Shown here in pieces: positions 1-9,706 of a DNA stretch of 64,000 nt. The notes beneath the pieces were generated by a model, which saw only the letters and a list, made by a program, of their open reading frames with translations, was not told the origin of the DNA and did no database searches. The position numbers and the translations under genes are program-made. The first letter of the stretch is position 1; the number at the start of each line of letters is the position of its first letter. Source of the stretch: Actinomycetota bacterium (lineage in GTDB: Bacteria; Actinomycetota; Acidimicrobiia; Acidimicrobiales; CADCSY01); contig JAHWKL010000001.1 of the NCBI GenBank assembly GCA_019347915.1, positions 3,612-67,611 on the forward strand. The letters run 5' to 3'.

Positions 1-3000
1 CGGGCGCGGGCGTGGGAATGACGGTCCGTGTCGGCGGTGGACCACCGCCGAGGGTGTGGAGCAGCGCCCGCCGCGTGCTCACCGATTCGTCGAGCCGGGC
101 GCCTTCGACGGCGAGTAGCAGCGCCAGGCTGCGATCGGTCGCCGCCTGGTCGATGGCCACCGCGGCAAGGGCCCGACCTCTGGCCCGTTCGGCCTGCGCC
201 GCCTGGTCGCGGGCGCGGCCCCGCTGGTTCCATGCCAGCACGCCGAGGACGAGCGCGACGACCAGCGTGACGCCGACTCCCATCAGTGCCCGGCGTAGCC
301 GCCGATTGCTCGCCCGCTGCTGCTCGAAGCGCTGTTGCTCCATCGCCCGCTCGGCATCGCGGGCCGCACGCGACGCCTCGAGGTACTCGCGCTCCGATCC
401 GGACAACCCGTCGGGGTGATCGTCAGCCCACGTCTCGGCCAGCGCCAGGCGGGACCCCCGGTAGAGGTCGCCGTCGTCGCGCTCACCTGCCGTCCATGCC
501 TCGGCTGCGGCGGTGAGTCCGGAGCGGATCTCCAGCCCGCGCCCCTCGGCACGAATCCACTCTCGCAGACGCGGCCAGCTGCGTAGGAGCGTTTCGTGGG
601 CGACCTCCACCGTCTGCTCACGGCTCCCCGGATCGTGGTCGAACGTGAGCAGCCGGGCATCGCCGAAGCGCTCCAGCACGATCCCCGCGATCGCTGCGTC
701 ACCTGGAAGCGACAGCAGCTCCGAGCGAGTGGTGCGCCTCCGCAGGTCGGGCTGGTCGCCATCGACCGTGACGAGCCGGAGGAAGAGCAGGCGGGTCGCC
801 GATTGCTGACTCTCGTCGAGCGACCCGAAGATCAGCTCGGCACGCTCGGCGACCGCACCGCCGATCCCGCCGAGACGCTCGTAGTCGCCGAGCGTGATGC
901 GGTCGGAGCGCCGGTGCTCGAAGAGCTCGGTCAGGCAGAACTGCACGATCGGGAGCGACCCTGGGCGGCCGGCGACCTCGGCGATGATTTGAGCGGCCAC
1001 CGATGGGTCGACGGTGACGTCAACGCGCGCCGCCGGTTCGACGATGGCCTGCTCCAACTCGATCGGCGACATGCCGAGCAGCGGGACCGCCCCGTCGACA
1101 ACGAGCTGGCCCAGCGCGTGGTCGGCGAGCGGTCGGTCGAAGAAGTCGGCCCGCAGTGTGGCCAGGACCCGCACGGACGACGTCGGGTCGCGGCCGAGCT
1201 CGACCAGCTGGTCGATGAACGCGCGACGCGACACCTCGTCGGTCGTCAACGTGAACAGCTCCTCGAACTGGTCGACGACGAGCACCACCACGGCCCCTGC
1301 CGGCAGAACCCGCCGAACTGTCGCGGCAATGCCGTCGCTACGGAGATCGATCGCCGCGGCCGTCGGACCCGACGCCACGTTGGCGAGCGCCTCGGCGCAC
1401 GCATCGAACGGTGAGCGGCCAGGAACCATCGCAACGACGTACCAGCTCTCTGACCCGGCGACCGCGCCGTGCCGCAATCGCGGTAGGAGCCCGGCGCGCA
1501 CGACGCTCGACTTGCCGCTGCCTGACGCCCCAACCACCGTGAGGAACCGGCTCCGCAGGTCGCCCGCCGCGATTGACGAGAGGAGCTGGTCGACGACGCG
1601 GCTACGCCCGAAGAAGTCATCGGCGTCGGCCTCGCCGAACGCTCGCAGGCCCTTGTACGGGTTCGTGGTCGGCCGACGGGCCGGCATCAACGGACCGGCG
1701 GGGCGCCCGACCGCGCCGGCGAAGCTGCTGCCGAATGCCGTCAGGTCGGGGTACCGGTCCGCTGGCGCCGCCGCGCCGGCGCGTGCCAGCACACCGTCGA
1801 GGGCGAGCAGCTCAGGGCGGTGCGCGGACACGAGCGGGAAGCGTTCGACGCGCTGTGTCGTTCCGAACGGAGCGAAGCCCGTCAACGCCTGATACACCAA
1901 CCCGGCGACCGCGTACTGGTCGCGCGCGGCCGGGGACTCGGTGGCACCGAGCGCATCCTGGCCGCTGTCGAGACCCACGATGTCGTCGAGCGCGGCGCAG
2001 ATGCCGATGCCGTCGACGTACGCATTGCCCTCGTCGTCGAACAGGATCTCCCGTTCTGTGAGCGCTCCGTGTGCCAGCCCGGCTCGATGGGCGGAGGCCA
2101 ACGCCACCGAGATTTGCTCGACGACGAGGGCCACCTGGTCGACCGGCGCCGGGCCCTTGGCGAACAGTTCGGTGAGCGACCCTCCGCTGAGCAGGCGCGT
2201 TACCAGGTAGGCGGCGCCCGGCTCCCGCCAGAAGTCCTGCACCTGAACGACGTGAAGGTGCTCCAGCTTGGCTACGTGTTGAACCAAAGCATCGAAGCCG
2301 CGGATGAACTCGGGCGCATCGGCGATGTCGCCGGCGAAGCATCGCAGGACGACCTCGCGCTCGACGCCCGGCTGCACCGCGAGGAGAGCCGTCCCGTGGC
2401 GGCCGTGTCCTAGCTCGCCCACGATCTGATACCCGCGCAGCCGGCGCGCAGCAGGAGGCGGCCGGCGCATCGACGGGTCGTGCATCGCGACCTGCCGAGC
2501 CAGCGCACTGAACTCGGATGACGGTTCGAGGCCGACCTCGCCGGACTGGCCGCGGAACCGCTCGGCTACACGGAGCGCGTCGGCTTGCCGCCCCGATCGG
2601 TACAGCGCCAGCACCCACATCGCCCACGCGGGCTCCCGCAGCTGATGAGCTTCGGCGAGAGACCGCAGGTCGGGGAGAGCCCGCTCGTGCTCGCCCGCCT
2701 CGATCAGAGCCTGCAGACGGAGCTCGCTCGCACTCACCCGCATCTCGTCGAGGCGCAACGCCTCCAACCGAGCCCACTCCTCGTCGGCGAACTCCGCGTA
2801 CGCCGAACCACGCCACAACCCGAGCGCCCACTGCAGACGATCGGCCGCCCCGGCCGGCGCACCGTCGGCGATGTCGCGCCGAGCGTGCGCTAGCTCGGCC
2901 TCGAACACCTGGGCGTCGAGCGTCGACGAGCCCAGCGTGAGTCGGAAGCCCGGCGGCACCGTCTCGATGGCGACGCCCGATCCGTCGTCACCGAGCAGAC

Positions 3001-3181
3001 GCCGGAGCCGCGCCACGTAGCTCCGCAACGTCGTCCCGGCCGCGTCCGTCGGTTGTCCCACGAACACGACGTCGGCGAGACGGTCGCTCGGAACTGTCCG
3101 ATCTGCCTCGACCAGGAGGGCCGCCAGCAGGCGTCGCAGCTGCCGGCCGCCGATTCCCACCGGCGGGTCGGCCTCGACCAT
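1..3181 (-). CDS. BTAD (SARP-type) regulator domain / degenerate Ser-Thr kinase-like domain / STAND P-loop NTPase / TM helix protein; C-terminal part runs off the window
   Basis: Absent from the ORF track because it has no stop inside the window. Hand translation of the minus strand from ATG 3181 stays open to position 1 (1060 codons). N-terminus is MVEADPPVGIGGRQLRRLLAALLV...VPPGFRL plus a BTAD-like helical region. The kinase-like domain has G-loop GELGHGRHG. Walker A is GASGSGKSS and Walker B-like is VVVLVVDQFEELF. A TM helix (GVGVTLVVALVLGVLAW) is followed by ALLLAVEGARLDES, typical of STAND/WD40-type proteins. Confidence 0.8.
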   Translation of the reverse strand, partial: MVEADPPVGIGGRQLRRLLAALLVEADRTVPSDRLADVVFVGQPTDAAGTTLRSYVARLRRLLGDDGSGVAIETVPPGFRLTLGSSTLDAQVFEAELAHARRDIADGAPAGAADRLQWALGLWRGSAYAEFADEEWARLEALRLDEMRVSASELRLQALIEAGEHERALPDLRSLAEAHQLREPAWAMWVLALYRSGRQADALRVAERFRGQSGEVGLEPSSEFSALARQVAMHDPSMRRPPPAARRLRGYQIVGELGHGRHGTALLAVQPGVEREVVLRCFAGDIADAPEFIRGFDALVQHVAKLEHLHVVQVQDFWREPGAAYLVTRLLSGGSLTELFAKGPAPVDQVALVVEQISVALASAHRAGLAHGALTEREILFDDEGNAYVDGIGICAALDDIVGLDSGQDALGATESPAARDQYAVAGLVYQALTGFAPFGTTQRVERFPLVSAHRPELLALDGVLARAGAAAPADRYPDLTAFGSSFAGAVGRPAGPLMPARRPTTNPYKGLRAFGEADADDFFGRSRVVDQLLSSIAAGDLRSRFLTVVGASGSGKSSVVRAGLLPRLRHGAVAGSESWYVVAMVPGRSPFDACAEALANVASGPTAAAIDLRSDGIAATVRRVLPAGAVVVLVVDQFEELFTLTTDEVSRRAFIDQLVELGRDPTSSVRVLATLRADFFDRPLADHALGQLVVDGAVPLLGMSPIELEQAIVEPAARVDVTVDPSVAAQIIAEVAGRPGSLPIVQFCLTELFEHRRSDRITLGDYERLGGIGGAVAERAELIFGSLDESQQSATRLLFLRLVTVDGDQPDLRRRTTRSELLSLPGDAAIAGIVLERFGDARLLTFDHDPGSREQTVEVAHETLLRSWPRLREWIRAEGRGLEIRSGLTAAAEAWTAGERDDGDLYRGSRLALAETWADDHPDGLSGSEREYLEASRAARDAERAMEQQRFEQQRASNRRLRRALMGVGVTLVVALVLGVLAWNQRGRARDQAAQAERARGRALAAVAIDQAATDRSLALLLAVEGARLDESVSTRRALLHTLGGGPPPTRTVIPTPAP

Positions 3182-3450
3182 GAGCGGCCCCAACACCCCG
3201 AACTTCATCGGCGGCCCCTCACATCGATCTCCGGCCCCTCACTGTTCACCACTGGCGTGGCAGTTGCGTGGCACCGAGATCTTGGCCGTGACCAGGGCAA
3301 ACGTGGCCCACCAGCCCACACAGGCTGATGAACCCACGCTCGCATCGGCGACTGCCACGACCCCGCAACCGGGTTCACGCACCCTGGCTTTCCAGATCGC
3401 GATGGTACGCCTACCGACGTCAACCAGCTGGAAGCACCCAAGGAGGAGCC

Positions 3451-4158
3451 ATGACCGCTACATCAATCGACAGCAACAGCGATGAGGTCGCCACGATCGT
3501 CACCACGACCGCGGCGCGCGCAGGTCATCGCAGAGCTCGTCGCCGACGCGCACTGCTGGGCTCGGTTCTCGGTGTCGTGCTGATCGCGCAGGCCTCCGGA
3601 TCGACGCCCACGGCCGGGGCAGCAGCGCACGACGCGGAGCCCGGCCGCAAACCGCTGGTACGCGAGCAGATCGACGAGCGGTTCCTCGAGGAGCCCGACC
3701 AGTTCGCGCTCGACGTGTGCGGGATCGCGGTGCGAGTGGAGGGTCGCGTGCGAGGCCATTTCGTCCTGTACGGCGACATGACGACGAGGCGGCACCTGAA
3801 CATCGAGATCACCTGGTCCGATCTTCAGAGCGGTGACACATTGCTCGTGGAGCGGGACGCGGAGACCTTCTTCGAGGTCCCCATCTCGGAGACCGTCGAC
3901 GAGCAGGCCGGCACACGCATCCTGGTCTTCGAGACGCGCATCACCGGACTGCCGCTCAAGGGCATCGTCCCCGGTGAGGGGATTGTCATCCGCGACGCCG
4001 GGTGGGCCACCGAGCTTGTCACCGTCGTGTTGGACCTTGCCACGGGCGAGGTGATCACGGTTGACGGTCAGTTCCTCGACTTCCGTGGTCCCCACCCCTT
4101 CGCCGCGCTCACGCCCGCCGAGCGCGACGCAGTGTTCTGTCGCGCGCTGGCCGGATGA
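3451..4158 (+). CDS. hypothetical membrane-anchored/secreted protein
   Basis: Internal ATG of ORF 3328..4158, preceded by AAGGAGGAG. Has an Arg-rich N-terminus then hydrophobic LLGSVLGVVLIAQASG. No family recognised. Confidence 0.6.
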   Translation: MTATSIDSNSDEVATIVTTTAARAGHRRARRRRALLGSVLGVVLIAQASGSTPTAGAAAHDAEPGRKPLVREQIDERFLEEPDQFALDVCGIAVRVEGRVRGHFVLYGDMTTRRHLNIEITWSDLQSGDTLLVERDAETFFEVPISETVDEQAGTRILVFETRITGLPLKGIVPGEGIVIRDAGWATELVTVVLDLATGEVITVDGQFLDFRGPHPFAALTPAERDAVFCRALAG

Positions 4159-4410
4159 ACGACGGTCCTGCATCCCCGAGACGCTCGGAGGGTGATCGAT
4201 GGGGTACCAGTCGACGGCGGTCGCCGTCCTCCGCCAGGCTCGAGCTGACGAATTCCCACAACCGAACGGCGACGACCGCCGAGCCGAACGCTCCAGCGAA
4301 CACGTCACAGGGCCACGTCCGTGGTATCCCTCTCATGATGGGAACGCCCTGCGGTGCCTGACTAGGTGGCCACACGTAGGCGCCGCGGGCAGCGAACGGG
4401 AGGTGACAGT

Positions 4411-5128
4411 ATGAGCGAGATGTCCAATACTCATCGGGGAACCGCGCGAGTTGTGACGACAGCCGCTGGTGGGCTGGCCGCCACCTACGTCCTCCTCGGC
4501 ATCATCGCCTTCGCCTTCCTCCTTCCACGTGGTCAAACGTCGTCCGCCGGCCCCGGCGCGCTGAACGCACTCGTCGAGCACGGCACCGGATGGTGGCTGG
4601 CGGCTCGCTGGCTGTTCCTGCTGACGGCGTTGCTCGGCCTGGGTTTCATTGTGGGATTGCGGCGGTTGGCTCCCCCAGGACGAGAGGCCCTGGCCGACTG
4701 GTCAGCCGCCGTGGGAGGGCTCGGTTTCGTCCTCGTGGCTGTCGACCAGGCCAGGCTCATCTCCCACGTGCCTGGACTCGTCCAGGGAATCGCCGCGAGC
4801 CCTGACCGAGCCCGGGAGTTCTCCAACCTGTCCTTTGTCAACCTCACGGACCGGTACGGCCTGCTGGACGTTCGGCGCAGTCGGCCTCTGGCTGCTCGTG
4901 ACATCGCTGGCCTGCCTTCCACCACCCACACCGACCTGGCTGGCAGGCTGCGGAGTCCTTGCCGCTGCCGTCTTCCTCACCGTGGCCCTGTTCGAGGGAT
5001 CCTGGACGTCGGTGCTCGCCGGTGTCGGCGCGCTCACCCTCGCCCCGATCTTTTTCGGTGGACTCGCGGTGCTGGCGCGCAGGTGGACGGAGCCGCCCGG
5101 CGCGACAACCGTCCTCAACGACCACTGA
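4411..5128 (+). pseudogene. multi-pass membrane protein interrupted by a frameshift near 4866-4875
   Basis: ATG 4411 follows GGAGGTG. Hydrophobic helices continue in ORF 4366..5412 up to ...TDRYGLLD, then in the frame of ORF 4649..5128 (FGAVGLWLLVTSLACL...LAPIFFGGLAVLARRW). Two frames are needed for one coherent membrane protein. Confidence 0.5.
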
Positions 5129-5216
5129 GGAGTCGCCGCACCGACGGGAGCCCGTCGCGCTCGGACGATTGCGGGGCTTGGGATGAACGCGCGCCGGGGA
5201 CGCGAGAGCAGCTTCT

Positions 5217-5412
5217 CATGGCGCTCATCGACCGGCTCATCGCCGACCTCGTGGAGTCTTCACAAGCGGCGGCACCGCCCGCGGATCCTGTCGACGTCCT
5301 ACGGCAGCTCATCGAGCTGTCGGTGGACGTGCTCGCCACCCGTCCAGCCGCGTACCGCCGCATCGTGTTGCAACTGACGGCTGCCGCGAGCGGTTCACGT
5401 CCCGTGACGTAG
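5217..5412 (+). pseudogene. possible C-terminal fragment of a TetR-like regulator (no HTH upstream)
   Basis: MALIDRLIADLVESSQAAAPPADPVDVLRQLIELSVDVLATRPAAYRRIVLQL resembles the ligand-domain helices of TetR proteins. No N-terminal HTH is present in any frame. Weak call. Confidence 0.25.
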
Positions 5413-5504
5413 TGTAGGTCGGCGTAGGGATCCACCACTGAGGTTCCCCCGTTCCAGCGGACGGGGTGGTTGTGGTGATCACTGGCCGTCTATCCCTGAA
5501 GTGG

Positions 5505-5652
5505 CGTGTGGGACACCAGATATCGGCCGCCCCGAATGCCGTTAGCCCAGCGTGGCTTGGCACGCCCTAACGCGTCTGGAGCGGGGGCGGCAGGGTCCCG
5601 AAGCCTGCCCCTGGTCGTTACCGGGCGCGAGGTACGTGGCGAAGTAGGGCGG
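5505..5652 (+). repeat. dispersed intergenic repeat, copy B1
   Basis: Aligns by eye with 9890-10047. Shared block: CTGGAGCGGGG(G)CGGCAGG..TCCCGAA.CCTGCCC...(G/A)TTACC..GCGCGAGGTA.GTG.CGAAGT.GGG. Contains the hairpin ggcagg/cctgcc. Confidence 0.6.
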
Positions 5653-5806
5653 ACATCGACGGCTCGGCTGGGGCCACCAAACTGGAGCTCGACTCATCGG
5701 GCATCCCAGATACGGATGCGTGTGGCGCCCGATCGCAACGGAGAGAATTCGTGGACGATCCTTCACAGATTGCCAGTCGGGCCACTGGTCATGCAGGCTG
5801 CGACCG

Positions 5807-6201
5807 TCAGGACCAGAACTCGTCGAAGCTGTAATCGTCCTCGTGATGAGCCAAGCCTCCGTGACCCTGCCGTCTTGGACGTGGTACACCTCCACGCCGT
5901 TCGCACCGTCGAGGGCCTTTCCCTCCCGCTGCGCCGACAACCTGCTCAGTCCGACGGCGTGACCGTCATTGGCGACGATGTCGTGCAGCTCCAGCGAGAA
6001 AGTTCCCCCACCGAGGTCGAAGAGCCTCCCGAAGAACCCAAAAACCTCGTCGACCCCCCGGTAGTCACCGGACAGCGGGTTTCGGCCGGCGACGTGGAAA
6101 ACGACGTCGGGGGAGAACACTTCGTTTCTGATCGTGTCCAGGTCACCTTTGCTGAACGCGTCGTAGCCCTTACGCAGAAGGTCGGCGTTGGGGTGCGGCA
6201 T
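5807..6201 (-). pseudogene. SnoaL-like / NTF2-fold protein with a 1-nt frameshift near its C-terminus
   Basis: MPHPNADLLRKGYDAFSKGDLDTI...HVQDGRVTEAWLI in the frame of ORF 5542..6243. The expected ending HEDDYSFDEFWS-stop lies in the -1 frame (stop at 5807-5809), with the shift around 5843-5852. Confidence 0.6.
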
Positions 6202-6467
6202 TCTCGGTACCTCCGTCGATCTTGACCATCGTTCTCCTCCCATCCTGTACGAAACGGCCCCGTTCCGCTAGAGGGGGGCGCGCCGTGGACGGGGACGCTG
6301 AATAACTGCCATCGCGGAGATAGTTCTCGCCCGAGCCCAGCTCCGGTTCGGCGAGGTGGTACTCCAGTCCTTCTTCAGCGCTCGCCTTGCCGCGCTCGCC
6401 CGTAACGCGCCGGTGCGCGGTCATGCTCGCGTCCATCCTGGCTGGGAAGTTGCCGGGCTGGGGTCAG

Positions 6468-7721
6468 TCAGCCCTCGGCCAGCTCGCGGAACGCCTCCGG
6501 CACCCTGGCCACGTCGGAGAGCGACACCCCGGCGAAGCCCACGGCCTGGCGCCCGAAGCGCTCCCGGACCCGGTCGACGGCCCGGTCGAGGGCCCAGCGC
6601 TCGGGGCTCGGCACCCCGAGCCCGCCGCCGTCGTCGCCCACCTCGAGTGGGAGGGCGAGCTGCAGGGCGGCCTCCGGGGCCAGGTTGGACACCGAGACCG
6701 CCACTAGCGTGATCTCCTTCTCGTCGGGATGGTCGGCGAGGGCGGCCTGGGCCAGCGCAACCGCGACCTCGGTGATGGTGAGGGTTGCGGATGTGGCGGT
6801 GGTGAGCGTGGCCGACCGGGTGATCGACCGCATGGGCGGGAACCGCACGCGCACGGTGATCGTGCGGCCTGCCCTCCCCGCCGCCCGAAGCCGGGTGGCG
6901 ACCCGGTCGGCCAGGTAGCCGAGCGACGACCACAGCAGCTCGGCGCTGACGGCTCGCCGGCCCAGCGCCCCCTGCGCGCCCACGGAACGAGCGCTCCTCC
7001 TTGATTCGACCTGGCGAGGATCGGCGTTGGCCGCCAGCGCCACCAGCTTGCGCCCAACGGCCCGGCCCAGCAGGGCCTCGAGGAGAGAGGGTGAGATCGC
7101 CATCAGGTCTCCCACGGTGTTGATCCCGCGGCCCGCGAGCCGCTCGCGCGTGACCGGTCCGACCCCCCACAGCAGGCCGACCGGGAGCGGCTCGAGGAAA
7201 GCCCGCTCGCTGTCCGCCTCCACGATGACCACCCCATCGGGCTTCGCGACCTGCGACGCCACCTTGGCCAGATGCTTGGTGGTCGCCACGCCTACGGAGA
7301 GGGGCAGCCCGATCTCGTCGCGCACCCGGCGCCGGATCGTCCCCGCGATCTCGCCCGGGGAACCGAAAAGGTGTATCGAGCCGGCCACGTCAAGGAACGC
7401 CTCGTCGATGGAGATGCGCTCTACCAGCGGGGTGAAGTCGCGCAGCACCCCCATGACCCTGTGGCCTAGGTCCTGGTACTGGCGGAACTGGCCGCCAACG
7501 AACTGGAGCTGCGGACAGAGCCGACGAGCGCGGACGCCAGCCATCCCCCCGTGCACCCCATAGGCCCTGGCCTCGTAAGAGGCGGCCAGGACGACGCTAC
7601 CGCCTACCGCGATCGGCCGCCCCCGCAGGCTGGGGTCGAGGAGCTGCTCAACCGAGGCGTAGAACGCGTCGAGGTCGGCATGGAGGATGGCGGCTGGCCG
7701 GGGCGAAGCCATGCCGGCCAT
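6468..7721 (-). CDS. dinB: DNA polymerase IV (Y-family)
   Basis: ILHADLDAFYASVEQLLDPSLRGRPIAVGG, SIDEAFLDV and the little-finger region are a classic DinB/UmuC layout. 417 aa. Confidence 0.9.
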   Translation of the reverse strand: MAGMASPRPAAILHADLDAFYASVEQLLDPSLRGRPIAVGGSVVLAASYEARAYGVHGGMAGVRARRLCPQLQFVGGQFRQYQDLGHRVMGVLRDFTPLVERISIDEAFLDVAGSIHLFGSPGEIAGTIRRRVRDEIGLPLSVGVATTKHLAKVASQVAKPDGVVIVEADSERAFLEPLPVGLLWGVGPVTRERLAGRGINTVGDLMAISPSLLEALLGRAVGRKLVALAANADPRQVESRRSARSVGAQGALGRRAVSAELLWSSLGYLADRVATRLRAAGRAGRTITVRVRFPPMRSITRSATLTTATSATLTITEVAVALAQAALADHPDEKEITLVAVSVSNLAPEAALQLALPLEVGDDGGGLGVPSPERWALDRAVDRVRERFGRQAVGFAGVSLSDVARVPEAFRELAEG

Positions 7722-7969
7722 GTTATCGACCAGGGTACATATGTTCGAGCCCGTGGCGCCGTCAACGTCTCGTCAGTTCCGCGGCCGCCACCGCCTCAAG
7801 CACCCGGACTCTGCGTGAGCTCCCGGGGCAGACGGCACGGTGGGGCCACCGGAGCGTCCATCCGCCCCCGTTGACACTCGGGGTCTTCGACGTGGTCACC
7901 GTCCCGACGCCCCTGTCGGCCGGCGGAAGGACCGTCCGTCCTCATGGGCATCGCTCAATGCGGGCGAGT

Positions 7970-8003
7970 GTTACCTCGCGCTGCCGACGTGCCGAAGTCG
8001 GGG
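7970..8003 (+). repeat. partial copy (D) of the repeat-family 3' module
   Basis: GTTACCTCGCGCTGCCGACGTGCCGAAGTCGGGG matches GTTACCGGGCGCAGCGCTGGTGCCGAAGTCGGGCG of copies A1/A2. Confidence 0.4.
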
Positions 8004-8283
8004 GCGCCGCCTAAGCGCTAAGACGCCAAAGGTCCGTGGGCCATCGCCCCGCCGTCGCACCAGCGCGTGCATGCAGTCGCGGCGGGGGTGTAGCAGTTGC
8101 GGCTCATTTGAATCGGTGGCGGGGACCAGGCCAGCACCGGGATACAAGCCCCAAGACCCGCCCAAGCCGTGCCCCAATTGTGAAGGGTGCCGTTCGTGCT
8201 GGCGAAGCGCTGGGGCCCCTCGCCATTCAAGCACCGCAGTGTTCTCCGGTCACGGAGAGCTGAGGCGGGTAGCGTCCAATCTC

Positions 8284-8427
8284 ATGAGCGACACCGGTGA
8301 CTTGTCCCTGAAGCTCGACAGCATCCGGGACACCCTGCAGATCCTGAGGACTCTCCTGGAGGACGTGACCTCGCGGTTGGCCCGCCTTGAGGACGCCATC
8401 GAGGCGAGGGAGCCGCGTTCCGACTGA
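8284..8427 (+). CDS. small coiled-coil protein (47 aa), speculative
   Basis: MSDTGDLSLKLDSIRDTLQILRTLLEDVTSRLARLEDAIEAREPRSD has a heptad-like pattern. It is the only non-Arg/Pro-rich stretch of ORF 7840..8427. No clear RBS. Confidence 0.25.
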   Translation: MSDTGDLSLKLDSIRDTLQILRTLLEDVTSRLARLEDAIEAREPRSD

Positions 8428-8603
8428 CCTGCGCACAATCCGCACGCCCGGCGGTCAGCGAAAGGCGAGCACCTCGGCACGACATCACTCCGCTTCCCGA
8501 CCGCCAACCGTGATCGACCTCGTCCGTTGAGTCGTGGGCGCCCGAACACCGGCGCAGCTGGCCGGGCTTCCCTCAGGAGTCCGTTCGGTCAGGAGCCTCC
8601 GGA

Positions 8604-8645
8604 GGTTCCCGCGTGTTCTCGTGCGCAGCGCTGGTGCCGAAGTCG
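8604..8645 (+). repeat. partial copy (E) of the repeat-family 3' module
   Basis: GGTTCCCGCGTGTTCTCGTGCGCAGCGCTGGTGCCGAAGTCG aligns with the 3' part of A1/A2. Confidence 0.45.
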
Positions 8646-8654
8646 TGCGCGTGA

Positions 8655-8686
8655 CGGGCCGGAGCTGCAACGGGCCGGAGCTGTAA
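8655..8686 (+). repeat. 16-nt tandem duplication
   Basis: CGGGCCGGAGCTGCAA followed directly by CGGGCCGGAGCTGTAA. Confidence 0.7.
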
Positions 8687-9024
8687 CGGCGCCATGCCCC
8701 CGAATGGCGCGTAAAAAGCAACTCTGTGTGCCCCGGCGGCGTCCTTCACCGCCACGTGACACTGCGTCAGCTCAGCGGTGCTGACGGCGGCTTCCCTCTC
8801 CACCGCCACGTCGAGCAGCTCAGCACCACGCCCCTTCGTGCTCACCGACGGCAGCTCCGAGGCCTTGGCCGGCAAGGGGGGTGCCCTCGCCTGACAACCA
8901 CCGGAGACCAGCTGCTCGCCCACAAGGAATACTGCTGTCCGTGGACGGGAAGATCTTATGTCCGCGCGGGAGGAACTCCTGCCGCCCCGTTGACAGCTTC
9001 GTCGACGGTAGACAAGGAGGACCC

Positions 9025-9495
9025 GTGGCAGAATGTCAGATCCACGTAGACGCACCGCGCGAGGCCGTCTTCGACGTGCTCCTCGACCCGACCAGCTTCG
9101 CGATTTGGGTGGTCGGCTCGAAGCACATCCGCGGCGTGGACGCGGAGTGGCCGCAGCCGGGCTCGAAGCTATACCACATCGTCGGATGGGGGCCGTTCGA
9201 GGATCACGACGACACTGAGGTGCTCGAGGTCGAACCGCCTTACCGGTTTCGAATCGAGGCCCGAGCGTGGCCGTTCGGCACAGCGGAGGTGGACCTCACG
9301 CTGCAGCCGGACGCCGGCGGCACCGAACTCCGCATGCGCGAGACACCCCGGGATGGTCCCGCGGCGCGCTTCCACAACCCCGCAATGGAGCTCGCCCTAC
9401 GCGCCCGTAACATGTGGTCGCTGCGGCGGTTGGCCCGCTGGGCCGAAGAGTGCTACCGCGGCACCCCCGGGCATCTGCCGGAGCCAGCGCGGTGA
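9025..9495 (+). CDS. SRPBCC (polyketide cyclase/dehydrase-like) family protein
   Basis: GTG 9025 follows AAGGAGGA and is in frame with ORF 8881..9495. VAECQIHVDAPREAVFDVLLDP...YRFRIEARAWPFGTAEVDLTLQP is a typical SRPBCC pattern. Confidence 0.75.
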   Translation: MAECQIHVDAPREAVFDVLLDPTSFAIWVVGSKHIRGVDAEWPQPGSKLYHIVGWGPFEDHDDTEVLEVEPPYRFRIEARAWPFGTAEVDLTLQPDAGGTELRMRETPRDGPAARFHNPAMELALRARNMWSLRRLARWAEECYRGTPGHLPEPAR

Positions 9496-9706
9496 CCGAG
9501 CACGCGAGGGCAACCGCCATCGCAAGAACCTGACTTTCCCAGCCTGTCGTCTTAGGGCCGCGAAGCGTGGTTGGCCGCGAAACGAAGTAGTCGCCCTCTT
9601 CGAGGCACGCCGCCGACCCTCCATACCATCGCCGGTCACCCCGTAGTGCGCCAACGTCTTCGGATCTGCGGGAAACCCTCACCTACGTTTCCCGACCGCT
9701 TCCCTG

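Noticed and set aside
4866-4875. Frameshift sites as programmed ribosomal frameshifting
   Set aside because: There is no slippery heptamer or downstream pseudoknot-like structure at any of the shift sites (4870, 5845, 13550-13590, 25960). The affected genes are not families known to use recoding.
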